From an uncultured Gemmatimonadales bacterium (GTDB lineage: Bacteria; Gemmatimonadota; Gemmatimonadetes; Longimicrobiales; Gaopeijiaceae), in assembly GCA_963809895.1 (NCBI GenBank), contig CAWELD010000003.1, positions 2,112,001 through 2,176,000 of the forward strand: a stretch of 64,000 bases of DNA. Direction: 5' to 3'. This document shows, in pieces, positions 59,519 to 64,000 of the stretch. Positions within the stretch are counted from its first letter, which is position 1, and each line of letters begins with the position of its first letter. The position numbers and the translations under genes were made by a program. The notes under the pieces were generated by a model. It did not search any database and was not told the DNA's origin. It saw only the letters and a program-made list of their open reading frames with translations.

Positions 59519-60832
59519 TCACGGATTCCGATCCAGGCAGCCCGTGAAGTACGGGTTGTTCCGCTCCTGGAAGGGGACGGGCAGGTCGGTGTCGGGGCCG
59601 TAGGCGCCGCCCTTGTAGTAAGGGCCCGACGGGAAGACGTCGTCGGGCGCGCGGCCGTACTGGCGTACCAGCCGACGCAGATCGCCCAGGCGGTGCGACG
59701 ACGCGACCAGGGTGAAGGCCCGCTCCCGGAAGAGCAGATCCACACGGGCCGGGTCGTCGCCGGGATCGGCCAGGGGCGGCAGATCGTAGCGCTCCCGTAC
59801 CTCGTTCAGAAGGGACATCATGGTCGCCGCATCGCCGGCGTGGAGGGCGGCCTCGGCCTGGATGAGGCGGGCCTCGGCGCCCTCCGCCAGCGCGATGGGG
59901 GCATCGCGCGCCGGGTACTTGAGGAGGTCGTACTGGGGCGTGAAGAAGTCGAAGCCCAGGTCGCCGGAGGGATCCCGGGTCCATGGCACGCGGGGATCCT
60001 CGGCGCTGCGGTACGGCAGCCCGCGTCCGCCCTCGTCGTCCGCCAGCGACCAGCGCTCGTAGACCACGTTGAAGTCGTAGACCCCGTTCTCCTGACGCAC
60101 CGTGTTGGTGGAGTAGTAGACGAGATAGCGGAAGTCCGTGGGCACGCCGGCCACGGCCGCCCCGGCTTCGGCCCAGCGTCCTCGATCCAGCAGCGCCCTC
60201 CCCTTGCCCAGGCGCGCAAGGTACTCGGCGCCCTCGTCTCCGGCGGTGGCCGCCAGCGCATCGTCGAAGCGGGCTTCGGCCCGCTGGAACGTCTCGTCGG
60301 TAGTGGTGGGGTGCCCGAACAGAACGGTGCCCCCCACCACGTCGGAATAGGGCACGCCGGAGCAGTAGTTCTCGCCGAACATGACGTAGGTGTAGCCCGC
60401 CAGCGCCCACATCTCGGCCACGCGAGGGTCGGTGTCGCCCTCGTGCGCCGCGGCCAGCGCCCCTGCGGCGCCCTCCAACGATTGCCGCGCCCGCTGGAGG
60501 TTGGAGAACACGGTGGTCCCCACCTCGTTGTCCTCGCGCACCCCCCGGCGGTCCACCTCGGCCCGGGCCAGGAAGGTGCCCGAGTGCACGAACTCGTCGG
60601 CCAGTAGCCCCGAAAGCAGGATCTGCCCCTCGGTGCTGCCGCCGTCGCCGGCCAGCGCCAGGGCGAAATCCCCCAGCGCCCCGGCCCGCAGCGTGGCCAG
60701 GCCCGAGGCCCCGGAGAGGTCGCCGGGCGTGACCACGTCGGGATCGGACACGTCCAGGAGGCCACCCAGGTCGCAGGCGGCCAGCGCCAGCGGCAGGGTG
60801 AGCGCGACGACGAGGCCTGCGGCGCGGCGCAC
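59519..60832 (-). CDS. RagB/SusD family nutrient-uptake outer membrane lipoprotein
   Basis: LAAC lipobox; FGENYCSGVP, LIQAEA, ERAFTL..HRLGDLRR and LPVPFQERNNP motifs; start approximate. Confidence 0.88.
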   Translation of the reverse strand: MRRAAGLVVALTLPLALAACDLGGLLDVSDPDVVTPGDLSGASGLATLRAGALGDFALALAGDGGSTEGQILLSGLLADEFVHSGTFLARAEVDRRGVREDNEVGTTVFSNLQRARQSLEGAAGALAAAHEGDTDPRVAEMWALAGYTYVMFGENYCSGVPYSDVVGGTVLFGHPTTTDETFQRAEARFDDALAATAGDEGAEYLARLGKGRALLDRGRWAEAGAAVAGVPTDFRYLVYYSTNTVRQENGVYDFNVVYERWSLADDEGGRGLPYRSAEDPRVPWTRDPSGDLGFDFFTPQYDLLKYPARDAPIALAEGAEARLIQAEAALHAGDAATMMSLLNEVRERYDLPPLADPGDDPARVDLLFRERAFTLVASSHRLGDLRRLVRQYGRAPDDVFPSGPYYKGGAYGPDTDLPVPFQERNNPYFTGCLDRNP

Positions 60833-60837
60833 GGCGC

Positions 60838-63800
60838 TCAGAACTCCACCCGCACCCGCAGCGACCACGTGCGCGTGGGAGGCTGCGTCATGAAGTCCCG
60901 GGACAGGAAGTTGGCCTGGCCGAACTGGTTCACCTCGGGATCCAGCCCCGTGTAGCCGGTGAAGGTGAGGAGGTTGCGGCCGGCCAGGGTGACGCTGGCG
61001 GCGTCGGCGCCGAGGCGGGCGGCCCACGAGCCCGGCAGCCGCGCGGTCGCGCTCAGCTCCCGGAGCTTCCAGAACGAGGCGTCTTCCATGAAGAGCGACT
61101 GGCTCTGGAAGCTCGAGGGCAGCACGGTCTGGGTGAGCGCCCGCGCCTGCTCCAGCAGCGGCGCCTCGGGATCGTTGAGCCCGCGGCAGATCCCGTTCTG
61201 GCAGCGGAACGCCTCGCCCTGGTTGCGCAGCCGGTAGCCGCCCCGGTACTCGGCCAACGCGTGCACCGACAGCCCCCAGGGGAGCGACAGCGCGCTGGTG
61301 ACACTCAGGTCCCGGTCCGGAAGCGCGCTTCCCTGATAGGTCTCGGTCACCCCCACGGTGAGCTCCGAGGCCACGATGCGGCCGTCGCCGTCGGCGTCCC
61401 GGTAGGTGATGGGCTTGGCCCAGTATCCCCCCAGGGGATAGCCCTCCACGAACCACTGCGTCCCCTGCTTCAGCGGCGGCATGGGATCCCCGCCGGGCAG
61501 CGTGCCCAGCTTCAGGAGCTCGTTGTGGTTGGCCCAGGCCTGCACCCCGACCTGCCAGCGCAGCCAGGGGAGCTCGAGCACGCGAGCGTCGAGGCCCGCC
61601 TCCACGCCGCGGTTCAGCACCTCGCCCAGGTTCACGAAGCGGCTCGCGCCCGCACCCGCCGACGGGGGGATGGGCTGCCGGAGGAGGAGGTCCGTGGTGG
61701 TCTTGCGGTACCAGGTGAAGCGGAGCCCCAGGCGGTCGTCCAGGAAGCCGGCATCGAAGCCCACCTCCACCTCCGACGAGCGTTCGGGCCTCAAGTCGGC
61801 GTTGCCCAGCGAGCCGAAGGTGACGCCGGAGCGGTCCACGCCGTCGGCGGTCACGGCCACCGGCTGGTAGAAGCGGAGCGCGTCGGTGGGGCCGGGCTGG
61901 GCGCCGGAGCGGCCCCAGGCGGCCCGCAGCCGCAATGCCGACAGGGGATCCCAGCGCGGCATGAAGGGCGCCTCGCCGAGCACCCACGACACGCCCAGCT
62001 TCGGGTAGACGATGACGTCGAAGTCGGCGCCGAAGGCGCTGTTGTCGTCGGCCCGGAGCCCGGCGGTGACGAAGAGCCGGTCGTCCAGCGCCAGCTCCTC
62101 CTCGAGGTAGAGCCCCAGGGTGCGGCTCTCGCTGGTGGTCTCCGAGGCCTTGGTCACGCTGGCGGCCGCCACCGAATGCGCGCCGGTGGGGATGTCCTCG
62201 CCGTGGGCGTCGGCCCGGTTGAAGCGGTCCAGGTAGAACTGGCTGCCCACCGTGGTGCGGGTGGTGAGGCGCTGGGTGAGCGCGCGGCGCGCGCTGGCGG
62301 CCAGGTCCACCGTGTAGCCGTGGATGCGGGCCGTGTTCACGTCCCGGAGCCCCACCGGAAAGACGGGGCCGTAGAAGACCCGGTCCCGGGGCACGTCCTG
62401 GATGTCGGTGCGGGTGGCCACGTCCAGCCCCAGCGAGCCCCGGAGCTCCAGCCAGTCGAGGGGCCGGCCGTCGAGCTGCACGCCGGCGACGACGCGGTCC
62501 AGCTCCTGCGACACGGCCAGGGCGAACACGTCGGCCGGCGCGAACAGGCCGTAGCCGTGGGCGGCGCCCCGGTCCGGCGAGGCGTAGCCCAGCATGCCCG
62601 ACGGCAGGATGCCCAGGACGTTGTTGTCGTTCTGCGGAAGGCGCAGGTCGGACGAGATGACGCCGGCGCTCACCCGGGCGTCGAGCCAGTCCCACACGCG
62701 CCCGCCGAAGTTGGCCCGGAGCGAGAGACGGTCCAGCCGGTTGGGATCGAACTGCGAGGCCGGGAGCTGGGCGTACAGGTCGCCGCCCAGCTCGGTCCGC
62801 AGGCGATCCCGCTCGAAGTCGGGCAGCCGGTACACGCCGTCCTGGCTCTCCCAGGCACCGGACAGGTAGTAGGTGAGCCGGTCCGAGCCGCCGGACACGG
62901 ACACGCCGTACTGTTGCCGCCATCCGGTCTGGAAGGGCGTGGTCCGGGGATCCCGCAGCGGGCTGAACATCTCCAGCTCCGCCTGATCGCACGCGCCGGC
63001 CACGGCCTGGAAGGTGAAGCACAGGCGACCGTCGGCCGTGCGGGCGCTGTAGTTGGCCGGGTAGTCGTGGACGTCCTGGGCGAGTCCGGCCTCGAGCCAG
63101 GCCGTCAGGCGCGTGCGCCCCGGCTCGCCACGTCGCGTGGTGATGCGCACCACGCCGTTGGCGGCGTCGGTGCCGTAGAGCGTGGACGCCGAAGGCCCCT
63201 TGACCATCTCCACCGACTCGATGTCCTCGGGAGCCAGGTCGTCGAGGCGCGACGGCACCTGGCCCCCCACGTCGATGGAGCCCGACTCCACCGAGCTCTC
63301 CAGCCGGACCCCGTCCAGGAAGATCACGGGGTCGTTGCCCAGCGAGATGGAGCTGGAGCCCCGGAGCCGGATGCGGGCGCCCGTGCCCACCGTGCCCGAG
63401 CCCGGCAGCACCGTGACGCCGCCGGCGCGGCCGGTCAGGAGCTCCGACATGGTGGTCACCGGGGCCGTCTCCATGACGGTGGCCACGTCGATGCGGGCGA
63501 CCTCGGTGGCCACCTGGCGCGTACGGCGCCGCCCGGTGGCGGTCACCACGAGCCGGTCCAGGGCGATGGCCTGGGACTGTAGCTCGACGGCCAGCGGGGT
63601 GGCGGCGCCGGCCCGCACCACGACGTCCACGCGCGCCTCCTCGTAGCCCAGGGCGCGAACGCGCACCCGCTGCGGCCCGCCGGGCACCGCCTCGAGGCGG
63701 GCTCGGCCCTGGCCGTCGGTGAGCGCGGCGAGCCGGGTCCCCACCACGGCGACCTCCGCCGTGGGCACCGGCCGGCCGCCGGTGCGGTCGGTGACGGTGA

Positions 63801-63924
63801 CGGTCAGCGTGCCCGGAGGCCCCGCCGGCCGCGTCTCCTGCGCGACGACTCCGGACGCCGCGAAGGCCAGCGTCAAGGCGACCACGGCCAGGAGCGCGGT
63901 CCCCCGGCGCCGCAGGACGCTCAC
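60838..63924 (-). CDS. SusC/RagA family TonB-dependent outer membrane receptor
   Basis: Signal peptide; carboxypeptidase-reg domain; IRLRGSSS, DIESVEMVKGPSASTLYGTDAANGVV; C-terminal VRVEF. Confidence 0.94.
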   Translation of the reverse strand: MSVLRRRGTALLAVVALTLAFAASGVVAQETRPAGPPGTLTVTVTDRTGGRPVPTAEVAVVGTRLAALTDGQGRARLEAVPGGPQRVRVRALGYEEARVDVVVRAGAATPLAVELQSQAIALDRLVVTATGRRRTRQVATEVARIDVATVMETAPVTTMSELLTGRAGGVTVLPGSGTVGTGARIRLRGSSSISLGNDPVIFLDGVRLESSVESGSIDVGGQVPSRLDDLAPEDIESVEMVKGPSASTLYGTDAANGVVRITTRRGEPGRTRLTAWLEAGLAQDVHDYPANYSARTADGRLCFTFQAVAGACDQAELEMFSPLRDPRTTPFQTGWRQQYGVSVSGGSDRLTYYLSGAWESQDGVYRLPDFERDRLRTELGGDLYAQLPASQFDPNRLDRLSLRANFGGRVWDWLDARVSAGVISSDLRLPQNDNNVLGILPSGMLGYASPDRGAAHGYGLFAPADVFALAVSQELDRVVAGVQLDGRPLDWLELRGSLGLDVATRTDIQDVPRDRVFYGPVFPVGLRDVNTARIHGYTVDLAASARRALTQRLTTRTTVGSQFYLDRFNRADAHGEDIPTGAHSVAAASVTKASETTSESRTLGLYLEEELALDDRLFVTAGLRADDNSAFGADFDVIVYPKLGVSWVLGEAPFMPRWDPLSALRLRAAWGRSGAQPGPTDALRFYQPVAVTADGVDRSGVTFGSLGNADLRPERSSEVEVGFDAGFLDDRLGLRFTWYRKTTTDLLLRQPIPPSAGAGASRFVNLGEVLNRGVEAGLDARVLELPWLRWQVGVQAWANHNELLKLGTLPGGDPMPPLKQGTQWFVEGYPLGGYWAKPITYRDADGDGRIVASELTVGVTETYQGSALPDRDLSVTSALSLPWGLSVHALAEYRGGYRLRNQGEAFRCQNGICRGLNDPEAPLLEQARALTQTVLPSSFQSQSLFMEDASFWKLRELSATARLPGSWAARLGADAASVTLAGRNLLTFTGYTGLDPEVNQFGQANFLSRDFMTQPPTRTWSLRVRVEF

Positions 63925-64000
63925 GCCCCCTCCGTCCGGGCGTCCCACCGCTTGAGCGCGCGCAACGCGAGCCAGCCCCCGACCATGACGGCGGCCAGCA
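63921..64000 (-). CDS. Partial C-terminus of an upstream membrane protein
   Basis: ...LAAVMVGGWLALRALKRWDARTEGA*; its TGA overlaps the susC GTG start. Confidence 0.5.
   Translation of the reverse strand, partial: LAAVMVGGWLALRALKRWDARTEGA

Overview
This is a very GC-rich, gene-dense bacterial chromosomal segment. Gene content (ADOP/PadR module, SusC/SusD pair, many secreted peptidases) suggests a Gemmatimonadota-like organism, which is an inference. It has about 55 CDSs, mostly on the minus strand: an ArsR-TolC-MFP-RND efflux operon; mutS-tonB-cbs-ddl; two ECF sigma/zf-HC2 anti-sigma pairs; holA; an M16 peptidase pair; apgM; mscS plus a Ycf46-like AAA ATPase; an IYD-like nitroreductase/GCS2-CBS ligase/AstE-like hydrolase/SRAP operon; argJ; an APC-EIIA-RCK transporter; tRNA-Arg(CCG); RNase P RNA; and susC/susD. 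I found no CRISPR array, prophage or transposase. Five genes carry single-base frameshifts that look like sequencing errors. The most striking feature is a ClpC N-terminal double-repeat domain, with the phospho-arginine-binding residues intact, fused to a YtrA-type GntR DNA-binding domain. Its promoter is overlapped by two matching palindromic operators, making it a candidate pArg/proteotoxic-stress-sensing transcription factor. All family assignments come from motif recognition by eye; no database searches were run.
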